NCBI GenBank assembly: GCA_002269645.1
Contig: NIVC01003044.1
Location: forward strand, 1 to 64,000
From: Macrostomum lignano
Taxonomy: Eukaryota
Length of the DNA stretch: 64,000 nt
Reading direction: 5' to 3'
Shown: positions 51,040 to 62,894 of the stretch, in pieces
How the letters are laid out: each line of letters opens with the position of its first letter
Position numbering within the stretch: the first letter of the stretch is position 1
The notes under the pieces: model-generated
Told to the model about the DNA's origin: nothing
The model's database searches: none
What the model saw: the letters and a program-made list of their open reading frames with translations, nothing else
Program-made: the position numbers and the translations under genes

Positions 51040-52195
51040 GCAAGATGGGTGACTCCTGGGTCAGATAGGTGACTGCTGTGTCAGGTGGGTGACTCCTGTG
51101 TCATGTGGGTGACTCCTGGTCAGGTAGGTGTGTCCTGTGTCAGGTGGGTGACTCCTGGGTCAGGTAGGTGACTCCTGTGACATGTGGGTGACTGCTGGGT
51201 TAGGTAGGTGACCCCTGTGTCAGGTGGGTGACTCCTGGGTCAGGTAGGTGACTCCTGTGTCAGGTGGGTGACTCCTGGGTTAGGTAGGTGACTCCTGTGT
51301 CAGGTGGGTGACTCCTGGGTCAGGTGGGTGACTCCTGGGTCAGGTAGGTGACTCCTGTGACAGGTGGGTGACTCCTGTGTCAGGTGGGTGACTCCTGGGT
51401 TAGGTAGGTGACTCATGTGTCAGGTGGGTGACTCATGTGTCAGGTGGGTGACTCCTGTGACAGGTGGGTGACTCATGTGTCAGGTCGATGGCTCCTATGT
51501 CAGCTAGGTGACTTCTGTGTCAGGTGGGTGACTCCTGTGTCAGCTAGGTGACTCATGTGTCAGGTGGGTGACTCATGTGTCAGCTAGGTGACTCATGTGT
51601 CAGGTCGATGGCTCCTATGTCTGCTAGGTGACTTCTGTGTCAGGTGGGTGACTCCTGTGTCAGCTAGGTGACTCATGTGTCAGGTGGGTGACTCATGTGT
51701 CAGGTGGGTGACTCCTGTGACAGGTGGGTGACTCATGTGTCAGGTGGGTGACTCCTGGATCAGCTAGGTGACTCGTGTGTCAGGTGGGTGACTCCTGGAT
51801 CAGCTAGGTGACTTGTGTCAGCTAGGTGATTCATGTGTCAGGTGGGTGACTCCTGTGTCAGCTAGGTGACTCATGTGTCAGGTCGATGGCTCCTATGTCA
51901 GCTAGGTGACTTCTGTGTCAGGTGGGTGACTCCTGTGTCAGCTAGGTGACTCATGTGTCAGGTGGGTGACTCCTGTGTCAGCTAGGTGACTCATGTGTCA
52001 GGTAGATGGCTCCTATGTCAGCTAGGTGACTTCTGTGTCAGGTGGGTGACTCCTGTGTCAGCTAGGTGACTCATGTGTCAGGTGGGTGACTCCTGTGTCA
52101 GCTAGGTGACTCATGTGTCAGGTAGATGGCTCCTATGTCAGCTAGGTGATTCCTGTGTCAGGTCGTTTACTTCTGTCCTCCTGGGTGACTCCCGG
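51040..52195. repeat. 20-bp (CAGGTGGGTGACTCCTGTGT)n upstream of the first RhoGAP coding exon
   Basis: Direct reading. Confidence 0.96.
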
Positions 52196-52275
52196 GTAGA
52201 TTGACCCTCGGGTTTCATTAATATGATCTACAACTGCGACTATTTCAAAAAGATCGATTTAATAATTTATTTAGA

Positions 52276-53571
52276 ATGAGTCCAAGCGCCAATCACGGCG
52301 GCGGCGCTAATGCTATTAGTTCTGGTGGTGCAAGTGCCACCAACCAGCTGACTTCATCGTCGGCAGCTTCAACAACAACAACAACAGGAGCGGCAGCAGC
52401 AGCAGCGGCAGCAGCAGCAGGCCCAGCTCCAGGAGGCAGTGGCGATCAAAATCTGGAGTCAGCTAATAGCGCATCAGAATTGTCAGCTTTGCCAGATCAA
52501 TGCCAACAAGTTGAAGATACTATCGAACCGTTGCGTCTGGCCCTAGAAAAGATTAGCAAGCGAACTGATAAATGTTTAGTTAGGAAACAACCTGAGGAGG
52601 CTTTGAGAGAAGCTTTTCAACAGTCTGCTGAGTCAATGCGGACTAGGAGCAATCTGTTTGACTGCGTGTTGGACGGCCTGGCGGAGACTGAGGCCGAGTT
52701 GATGCAGCGTCGCGGCGAGCTCAATGATGGAATGACTAAGTAAGTGCTATGGTATCTATGGATCATACATGCGCAACCTTGGGAATTACTCGGCCGTTTC
52801 TGTTGGCAACACACACATGTAAGTCGCTATTGGCTGAGAGCAGTCACGTGACTACTTTTCCGTCCAATAGCGACTTACATGTGTGTGTTGCCAATAGAAA
52901 CGGCCGGGTGAATCCCTAGGTTGTGCCCAAGCATGTCTATGGTTCCTAGAAATGTTATTTGAATTGGCATTTTTCCGGTGTAAGATTAAGCAATTCTTAA
53001 CAAATGAGATTGAGGCGAGGCGATTCTTAACAAATGAGATTGAGGCGATTCTTAGCGCGAGATTCGATTCTTATAGTGAGATTAGGGTAAATCTTAGGAG
53101 TGAGATTGGGCGATTCTTAGGAGTGAGATTTGAGTAAATCTTAGGGGTGAGATTGGAACGATTCTTAGGGTGCGATTAAAGCAATTCTTAGGGGTGAGAT
53201 TAGTGCGATTTTAGAGTGAGATTAGGGTAAATCTTAGGGGTGAGATTGGAACGATTCTTAGGGTGAGATTGGACCGATTCTTAGGGGTGAGATTGGAGCT
53301 ATTCCTAAAGAGATGAGAAAGGGTGTTCTTACAGATCGGATCAGTTTTTAGTCATAAAAGCTGATAATTACCTTGATAATAGTGGCAATGTCACGCTTAA
53401 CACCGTTAATCAAACATGCACTCCCTCGCAGGTGGGCAGCGGGCCTGCGCGATCGGGAACGCCGACTGGTGGATCTTCAACAGCAGCGGCGCAGCCTGAA
53501 TAGACTGGGCGCTGATCTTGCCAAGCTAAGGCGCCGTTTAGCACACGCGATGCAGAAGCAGCAGTCTGCTA

Positions 53572-53608
<37 letters not shown>

Positions 53609-56600
53609 AGGCGGTAGCGGCACTGTGTCCGACGCTGTTGGTAAGATTGGCTCGTGTTTCTCAAGCTTCCAAAGCTGATTGTTAATATTTTTGTCTCAAA
53701 GCACGTATATTATACAGTAATTGTACAGTAAGTCCGTAATCTCTTAAGAATTACCCTAATCTTACCCTAAGAATTACCTCAATCTCACTACAAGAATTAC
53801 CCCAATCTCACCCCAAGAATTACCCCAATCTTACCCTAAGAGTTACCTCAATCCCACCCTAAGAATTACCCTAATCTCATCCCTAAAAGTCGCCCTAATC
53901 GCTCTCAAGAAGTACTCCAATCTCACCCTCAAGAATTGGTTCAATCTCAACATCTAACAATCTATCTAATCTCACCCCAAAGAATCGGTCCAATCTCACC
54001 CTCTAGCAGTCTATCCAATGTCACTCTAAGAATCGGGTCCAATCTCACCCTCTAGCAGTCTATCCAATGTCACTCTAAGAATCGGTCCAATCTCACCCTC
54101 TAGCAGTCTATCCAATGTCACTCTAAGAATCGGTCCAATCTCACCCTCTAGCAGTTTATCCAATGTCACTCTAAGAATCGGTCCAATCTCACCCTCTAGC
54201 AGTCTATCCAATGTCACTCTAAGAATCGGTCCAATCTCACCCTCTAGCAGTCTATCCAATGTCACTCTAAGAATCGGGTCCAATCTCACCCTCTAGCAGT
54301 CTATCCAATGTCACTCTAAGAATCGGTCCAAACTCACTCTCTAGCAGTCTATCCAATGTCACTCTAAGAATCGGTCCAATCTCACCCTCTAGCAGTCTAT
54401 CCAATGTCACTCTAAGAATCGGGTCCAATCTCACCCTCTAGCAGTCTATCCAATGTCACTCTAAGAATCGGTCCAATCTCACCCTCTAGCAGTCTATCCA
54501 ATGTCACTCTAAGAATCGGTCCAATCTCACCCTCTAGCAGTCTATCCAATGTCACTCTAAGAATCGGTCCAATCTCACCCTCTAGCAGTCTATCCAATGT
54601 CACTCTAAGAATCGGTCCAATCTCACCCTCTAGCAGTCTATCCAATGTCACTCTAAGAATCGGGTCCAATCTCACCCTCTAGCAGTCTATCCAATGTCAC
54701 TCTAAGAACCGGTCCAATCTCACCTTCTAGCAGTCTATCCAATGTCACTCTAAGAACCGGTCCAATCTCACCCTCTAGCAGTCTATCCAATGTCACTCTA
54801 AGAATCGGGTCCAATCTCACCCTCTAGCAGTCTATCCAATGTCACTCTAAGAATCGGTCCAATCTCACCCTCTAGCAGTCTATCCAATGTCACTCTAAGA
54901 ATCGGTCCAATCTCACCCTCTAGCAGTCTATCCAATGTCACTCTAAGAATCGGATCCAATCTCACCCTATACGAGTCTATCCAATGTCACTCTAAGAATC
55001 GGGTCCAATCTCACCCTATACGAGTCTATCCAATGTCACTCTAAGAATCGGGTCCAATCTCACCCTATACGAGTCTATCCAATGTCACTCTAAGAATCGG
55101 TCCAATCTCACCCTATACGAGTCTATCCAATGTCACTCTAACAATCGGTCCAATCTCACCCTATACGAGTCTATCCAATGTCACTCTAACAATCGGTCCA
55201 ATCTCACCCTCCGCTATCCGCAGGCGAGCTCCAGCTAGAGGTGTCCACCCGAGAGAACGAGGAGCGCAAGGAGCGAGACTCCTACATTGTGCAGCTGAAC
55301 TCTCTGCAAGGCGAGAAGCCGGCGCACTGCCAGCAGCTGCTACAGCTGATGCAGGCCAGACTGGATTATCACTCGGCTTGCGCCCGGCATCTGCAACAGC
55401 AGCTGCCCAAGCTGCAATCCGAGGTGGCTAGAATTACCAGACTGTCTGGGCCGTGCTACGGCACCCCGCTGGGCGATCATCTGTTTAGGACTGGGCGCCG
55501 TATAGCCTACGTTATCGATGTGTGCACCGCCGCTCTTCGACGGGACGATATTATGGATGAGGAGGTGAATTGTGGATTTAATAATAGAAACTGGACTGCT
55601 GCATAGAGGATCAGGCAGTTAAGTGGTTGTAAATATCGTCACTGTAGATAAAGAAGTTAGAAATTAAGGGGATTCCCTTAATGTGTTCAAGAAACTTAGC
55701 GATTTTTTGGAATTTCACAGTTCCGGATTTCTGGGATTCCCCAATCAATAATCTGGAAGTTAGTAGGAATTTCCAGGATTCCGCAATCAATAATCTGGAA
55801 GCTAGTAGGGATTTCCAGGATTCCGCAATCAATAATCTGGAAGATAGTAGGGATTTCCAGGATTCCGCAATCAATAATCTGGAAGCTAGTAGGAATTTCC
55901 AGGATTCCGCAATCAATAATCTGGAAGATAGTAGGGATTTCCAGGATTCCGCAATCAATAATCTGAAAGCTAGTAGGGATTTCCAGGATTTCGCAATCAA
56001 TAATCTGGAAGCTAGTAGGGATTTCCAGGATTCCGCAATCAATAATCTGAAAGCTAGTAGGGATTTCCAGGATTCCGCAATCAAGGATCTGGAAGCTAGT
56101 AGGGATTTCGCGGATTTCCCAATAAAGAATCTGGAAGTTGGAAAGGATTTACGGGATTTTCCAATCAAGAAATTAAAGGTTGTTAGTAGGGATTTCCGAG
56201 ATTCCCCAATCAAGGATCGGATAGTTAGTAGTCCTTAAGATTTGTTATAATTCTCAAAAACCTCGTTCATTTAACACCATCGCAGGGCTTATTCCGCGTT
56301 AACGGGCCAACCAGTTCAGTGCAGAAGCTGGAGTCATTCCTAGACGTGATGCAAGCAGAATCAGAAATCCATCGCTACGACAGTGCTTCTATATGTGGCG
56401 CATTGAAAAAGTATTTGAAGCAGCTGCCCGAGCCTCTGATTGGTCAGTCTCTGCTGCCGGAATGGAAGAAGGCTTGCGCATTTTCCAGCTCAGACGAGCG
56501 GCGCATGGCTCTGCACAGCTGCTGCTCAGAATTGCAACGTAGGCAGCCGCAATATTTCGACAATTTGCGACATTTAATTAAATTTCTAGCGCTAGTCTGC

Positions 56601-59600
56601 GACAGACAGGAGCGCAATAAAATGTCGCCTAAAAATCTTGGCATCTGCATTGGACCGAATATTGTTGGCACACTGGCCCAGCAGCTTCAGGTGAGAGTCT
56701 TTCTTTGTAAGAATAGCTTTGCCATTCTCAAGCCTAAATATTGAACCACATCTACCAGGTAATTTATAGTGCCGCTCTAGTCTCCCCCTAAGAATTGCTT
56801 CAATCTCTCCCTTAGAATTGTCCCAATCTCACCCATGAGAATCTTCCCAATCTCACCCTTGAGAATCTTCCCAATCTCACCCTTGAGAATATTTCCAATC
56901 TCACCCCTAAGAATTGCCCCAATCTCACCCTTGAGAATCGCCCTAGTTTCACCCCTAAGAATCGCTTCAATCTCACCCCTAAGAATTACCCGAATCTTTC
57001 CCTTAGAATCGCTTCAATCTCACCCCTAAGAATTGCCCCAATCTCACCCCAAGGAATTTCCCTAATCTCACCCTTGAGAATCGCCCTAGTCTCACCCCTA
57101 AGAATCGCTTCAATCTCACCCCTAAGAATTGCCCTAATCTCACCCTTAGAATCGCTTCAATCTCACCCCTAAGAATTGCCCCCATCTCACCCCAAGGAAT
57201 TTCCCTAATCCCACCCTTGAGAATCGCCCTAGTCTCACCCCTAAGAATCGCCCTAGTCTCACCCCTAAGAATCGCCCAAATCTCACCCTTAGAATCGCTT
57301 CAATCTCACCCCTAAGAATTGCCCCAATCTCACCCTTGAGAATCGCCCTAGTTTCACCCCTAAGAATTGCCCGAATCTCACCCTTAGAATCGCTTCAATC
57401 TCACCCCTAAGAATTGCCCCAATCTCACCCCAAGGAATTTCCCTAATCTCACCCTTGAGAATCGCCCTAGTCTCACCCCTCAGAATCGCTTCAATCTCAC
57501 TCCTAAGAATCGCTTCAATCTGACCCCTAAGAATTGCCCTAATCTCACCCTTAGAATCGCTTCAATCTCACCCCTAAGAATTGCCCCCATCTCACCCCAA
57601 GGAATTTCCCTAATCTCACCCTTGAGAATCGCCCTAGTCTCACCCCTAAGAATCACTTCAATCTCAACCCTAAGAATCGCTTCAATCTCACCCCTAACAA
57701 TCGCTTCAATCTTACCCCTAAGAATCACTTCAATCTCAACCCTAAGAATCGCTTCAATCTCACCCCTAACAATCGCTTCAATCTTACCCCTAAGAACCGC
57801 CCCAATCTCACCACCCCTAAAAATCGCCCCAATCTCACCCCTACTAGCCGCTACAATGTTATCTAGCGCAGCTAAACCCTATAATTTCTGTTCCCTCTGT
57901 ACCGTCAGAGCGCCTCCAGTGGCGCCACTTTCCCGGCGTCTGCATCGGGCGCCAACGGCTCAGGAGCGCCGCCCAACTACGACGATTTGCATAGCGCCAA
58001 TTTGGGCACCCTGATAGTCGAGAATCTCATTGTGCATCACGACTTCTGCTTTGGTAGCGAAGGTAAGCCTGCCTATGTCTCTGGTTGTTGATGTTTCTCT
58101 TTGGTATCATCCAAATTCTTCCCAGCTGAAGGCTGCGTACGGCTGTTCAGTCCAAGGACTGGGGGGTCGCCACACACAGCCTCAGTTACCCCATCTAATG
58201 CTGGCACCCATTTTACAGCTGGGGGAACTGAAGCAATGCAGAGTTAAGTGTCTTTCTCAAGGACAAAAATTGTTCCGAGTGGATCTCGAGAATCGAACCC
58301 CCGACCTTTCAGTCGTGAGCCCGATGCTCTAACCACTAGGCTACAAAGTTCTTGTTATTTTCTGTCTGATATCGTCTTCTGCACAGCAACTTAGCTGGAA
58401 TCGAGCCCTGTACCACACGGATTTATTGTTCCTTTTTTATCGCGCTGTTAAAATTATTGGGAAGACAGAAGTGCATGAAGTCAATAATCCTATGCGGAAT
58501 ATGATAATTCAATTTTGTAAACTATGAGCGATGCAACTGAAGAGGAAAAGGGTCTGTATTTATAATACGTGACCATTGAGACGTTAGCGGGACTGTTCTG
58601 TAGATAACAGTCTATTGCATATAGGCAATACAACTTGATTAGCATATCATTATCATAATATTAATAGTTGAATAAATATTTGTTTTTTTGTTGCATACAA
58701 ATAAGTTTGACTAGCAATGGTAGTTGTTTGGGGTTATTTTTAAGCACTAAATATTAATTGCAAAACATATTTTTTCTCTCATTGCATAAATCGAATGTCT
58801 GGTTAAAGAATAATATTTCTTGATATACTTTTGACGAAATGTTTTTGTCATTTTTTCAGTAAAATTTTATAGGTTTTTTAACTTTGATGCAAACTTATAG
58901 AATATTTGAGATTTCGTGAATAGGGATAAAATTATCTAGCTAATCGGGGATCAAATTGTCTGGGATCTGGAATTTCATAATTGGGATCAAATTGTCTGGA
59001 ATCTGGAATTTCATAATTGGGGATCAAATTGTCTGGGATCTGGAATTTCATAATTGGGGATCAAATTAACTGGGATCGGATATTTCATAATTGGGGATCA
59101 AATTATCTGGGATCGGGGATTTCATAGTTGGGGATCAAATTATCTGGGATCTGGAATTTCATAGTTGGGGATCAAATTATCTGGGATCTAGGATTTTATA
59201 ATTGGGGATCAAAGCATCTCTGGGATCTAGGATTTTATAATTGGGGATTAAATTATCTCTGGGATCTAGGATTTTATAATTGGGGATCAAATTATCTCTG
59301 GGATCTAGGATTTTATAATTGAGGATCAAATTATCTCTGGGATCTAGGATTTTATAATTGGGGATCAAATTATCTCTGGGATCTAGGATTTTATAATTAG
59401 AGATCAAATTATCTAGGATCGAGGATTTTATAATTGGGGATTAAATTATCTCTGGGATCTAGGATTTTATAATTGGGGATAAAATTATCTCTGGGATCTA
59501 GGATTTTATAATTGGGGATCAAATTGTCTCTGGGATCTAGGATTTTATAATTGGGGATCAAATTATCTCTGGGATCTAGGATTTTATAATTGGGGATCAA

Positions 59601-62600
59601 ATTATCTCTGGGATCTAGGATTTTATAATTGGGGATCAAATTATCTCTGGGATCTAGGATTTTATAATTAGAGATCAAATTATCTAGGATCGAGGATTTC
59701 ATAATTGGGAATCAAATTATCTGGGATCGAGGATTTCATAATTGGGAATCAAATTATCTGGGATCTAGGATTTTATAATTGGGGATAAAATTATCTCTGG
59801 GATCTAGGATTTTATAATTGGGGATCAAATTATCTCTGGGATCTAGGATTTTAAAATTGGGGATCAAAGCATCTCTGGGATCTAGGATTTTATAATTGGG
59901 GATCAAAGCATCTCTGGGATCTAGGATTTTATAATTAGAGATCAAATTATCTAGGATCGAGGATTTTATAATTGGGGATTAAATTATCTCTGGGATCTAG
60001 GATTTTATAATTGGGGATAAAATTATCTCTGGGATCTAGGATTTTATAATTGGGGATCAAATTGTCTCTGGGATCTAGGATTTTATAATTGGGGATCAAA
60101 TTATCTCTGGGATCTAGGATTTTATAATTGGGGATCAAATTATCTCTGGGATCTAGGATTTTATAATTGGGGATCAAATTATCTCTGGGATCTAGGATTT
60201 TATAATTAGAGATCAAATTATCTAGGATCGAGGATTTCATAATTGGGAATCAAATTATCTGGGATCGAGGATTTCATAATTGGGAATCAAATTATCTGGG
60301 ATCTAGGATTTTATAATTGGGGATAAAATTATCTCTGGGATCTAGGATTTTATAATTGGGGATCAAATTATCTCTGGGATCTAGGATTTTAAAATTGGGG
60401 ATCAAAGCATCTCTGGGATCTAGGATTTTATAATTGGGGATCAAAGCATCTCTGGGATCGGGGATTTCATAATTGGGGATCAAAGCATCTCTGGGATCTA
60501 GGATTTTATAATTGGGGATCAAATTATCTCTGGGATCAAGGATTTTATAATTGGGGATCAAAGCATCTCTGGGATCTAGGATTCTATAATTGGGGATTAA
60601 ATTATCTCTGGGATCTAGGATTTTATAATTGGGGATCAAATTATCTCTGTGATTTTGGATTTCATAATTAGGGATCAAATTATCTGGGATCTAGGATTTC
60701 ATAATTAGGGATCAAATTATCTGGGATCTAGGATTTCATAATTAGGGATCAAATTATCTGGGATCTAGGATTTCATAATTAGGGATCAAATTATCTGGGA
60801 TCTAGGATTTCATAATTGGGGATCAAATTATCTCTGTGATTTTGTATTTCATAATTAGGGATCAAATTATCTGGGATCTAGGATTTCATAATTAGGGATC
60901 AAATTATCTGGGATCTAGGATTTCATAATTAGGGATCAAATTATCTGGGATCTAGGATTTCATAATTAGGGATCAAATTATCTGGGATCTAGGATTTCAT
61001 AATTGGGGATCAAATTATCTCTGTGATTTTGGATTTCATAATTAGGGATCAAATTATCTGGGATCTAGGATTTCATAATTAGGGATCAAATTATCTGGGA
61101 TCTAGGATTTCACAATTAGGGATCAAATTATCTGGGATCTAGGATTTTATAATTGGGGATCAAATTATCTCTGTGATTTTGGATTTCATAATTAGGGATC
61201 AAATTATCTGGGATCTAGGATTTCATAATTAGGGATCAAATTATCTGGGATCTAGGATTTCATAATTAGGGATCAAATTATCTGGGATCTAGGATTTCAT
61301 AATTAGGGATCAAATTATCTGGGATCTAGGATTTTATAATTGGGGATCAAATTATCTCTGTGATTTTGGATTTCATAATTAGGGATCAAATTATCTGGGA
61401 TCAAATTATCTGGGATCTAGGATTTCATAATTAGGGATCAAATTATCTGGGATCTAGGATTTCATAATTGGGGATCAAATTATCTGGGATCTAGGATTTC
61501 ATAATTAGGGATCAAATTATCTCTGTGATTTTGGATTTCATAATTAGGGATCAAATTATCTAGGATCTAGGATTTCATAATTAGGGATCAAATTATCTGG
61601 GATCTAGGATTTCATAATTAGGGATCAAATTATCTGGGATCTAGGATTTCATAATTAGGGATCAAATTATCTGGGATCTAGGATTTTATAATTGGGGATC
61701 AAATTATCTCTGTGATTTTGGATTTCATAATTAGGGATCAAATTATCTGGGATCTAGGATTTCATAATTAGGGATCAAATTATCTGGGATCTAGGATTTC
61801 ATAATTGGGGATCGGATTATCTGGTATCGGGGATTTCATAATTGGGGATAAAATTATCTGGGATCGGGGATTTCATAATTGGGGATAAAATTATCTTTGT
61901 GATCTGGGATTTCATAGTTAGGGATCAACTTATCGGGGAACCTGGGATTTAATAGTATTTTTTGTAGATTAAATTAAAATCTTTATTTTTTTAGAAATAA
62001 AGAAACATCTTCGAAATGCTGCCTCGTGTTATTTTGCGCACTTTTGTCCGTCATGTCAGCTGATAATTTCTCCACTCTCTCCTTCCCTCTTCATCCCCGC
62101 CTCCTCTCCAACCCTGCTCTGTGTCTCTGCCACTGCCCCCGCCCGCGCACCACGAACATAGACCCAACTCCGCTACCGGTAGCTCCAATGGGCAGCCTGA
62201 CAAATCGAAGTCAGCATCACCAGCAGCATCATCCGTTTCGTCGCGACTCCGAGCGAAGCCTCGGTTCGACGTCGTTCGCCTCGTCAACGGCAGCAACCAG
62301 CGGCGCCGGCCACACAGAGCCGGGCACGCCTACTAACTTCGATTCTGCTGGGGCGGGAGGAAAATTTTCTACGAAAAGTTTCCACACGGATCTGTACGAC
62401 ACGGCGTTCACGTTGCACGCCCTACGCAGTAACGGTGTTGCCGCAGCAGCTGATGCTGCCGCCACTGCATCCTCAGTTAATACCGAAGCTCACCAGCATC
62501 GGCCTCATCCACAGCAGCATCAGCATCATCGATTAGATCGATCCCTAGGCAGATTAGATCGACCATTGACCACCGCTACTGTGCCATCATCGGCTGCGGC

Positions 62601-62772
62601 AACTGCGACAGGAACCGCTACTCACGATTTTGTTAAACAAGCTCGAAGCATATTTGAAGGGCATTTATTAAAATCCGCCTCGTTAGGCGCGGCTACTAAT
62701 AGTAGTAGCGGTAATAGCCCGGCTGGCACTAATGTGGATAGTCCGAGACTCACCAGATTTAAAGGTTCTTAA
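52276..62772 (+). CDS. ARHGAP17/44: BAR-domain RhoGAP, RICH/ARHGAP17/ARHGAP44/SH3BP1 family; at least 6 coding exons, probably continuing past the window
   Basis: Exons 52276-52739, 53432-53640, 55224-55564, 56286-56690, 57909-58062 and 62060-62772 (or 62060-62764 if spliced onward). Phases are consistent. A coiled-coil BAR-like region is followed by YGTPLGDHL..GRRIAYVIDVC..EE|GLFRV (arginine finger), ALKKYLKQLPEPL and NKMSPKNLGICIGPNI. The family call is secure; the exact orthologue is not. Confidence 0.88.
52764..52936. mobile_element. Hairpin-type MITE (60-bp inverted arms) in RhoGAP intron 1, related to the 45157 MITE
   Basis: Arms 52774-52833 and 52864-52923 match at 55/60. The left end CATACATGCGCAACC is identical to 45157-45171. 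Flanks CTATGGAT and CTATGGTT (7/8) resemble an 8-bp TSD. Confidence 0.7.
53990..55210. repeat. 48-bp minisatellite in RhoGAP intron 2
   Basis: 16-aa period; a 386-bp higher-order block is evident from identical pseudo-ORFs. Confidence 0.96.
55730..56200. repeat. 42-bp minisatellite in RhoGAP intron 3
   Basis: 14-aa period in the pseudo-ORFs. Confidence 0.95.
56775..57840. repeat. About 24-bp AATCTCACCCCTAAGAATCGC-type repeat in RhoGAP intron 4 (an inverted relative lies at 53010-53310 in intron 1)
   Basis: Direct reading. Confidence 0.9.
58110..58347 (-). mobile_element. tRNA-derived SINE with CORE-like central domain, antisense in RhoGAP intron 5
   Basis: Minus strand has A box TAGCCTAGTGG (58343-58333) and B box GGTTCGATTCT (58299-58289). 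These are followed by GTCCTTGAGAAAGACACTTAACTCTGCATTGCTTCAGTTCCCCCAGCTGTAAAATGGG, which resembles the MIR/CORE consensus. A second copy lies near 31800-32024. Confidence 0.8.
58940..61935. repeat. 37/39-bp minisatellite (GGGATCAAATTATCTCTGGGATCTAGGATTTTATAATTG), about 3 kb, in RhoGAP intron 5
   Basis: 13-aa period; 538-bp higher-order repeat. Confidence 0.97.
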
Positions 62773-62859
62773 TTTATTATATTTTTTCTGTGTTTCCTTT
62801 TCTTTCAGTTCTATACCTTCCTTTGTTGTTTCTCGCTCAAATGCTTATCGTTGTTACAG

Positions 62860-62886
62860 GGTTTAAAGGATCACTTGAGACATTAG
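62860..62886 (+). CDS. Candidate 27-nt phase-1/phase-1 microexon of the RhoGAP gene (GFKGSLETL)
   Basis: TTGTTACAG|GGTTTAAAGGATCACTTGAGACATTAG|GTGTCA. Open and in frame with donor AAAG|GTTCTT at 62764 and with acceptor TTTATCTAG| at 63974. Confidence 0.5.
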   Translation, partial: GLKDHLRH

Positions 62887-62894
62887 GTGTCAGT

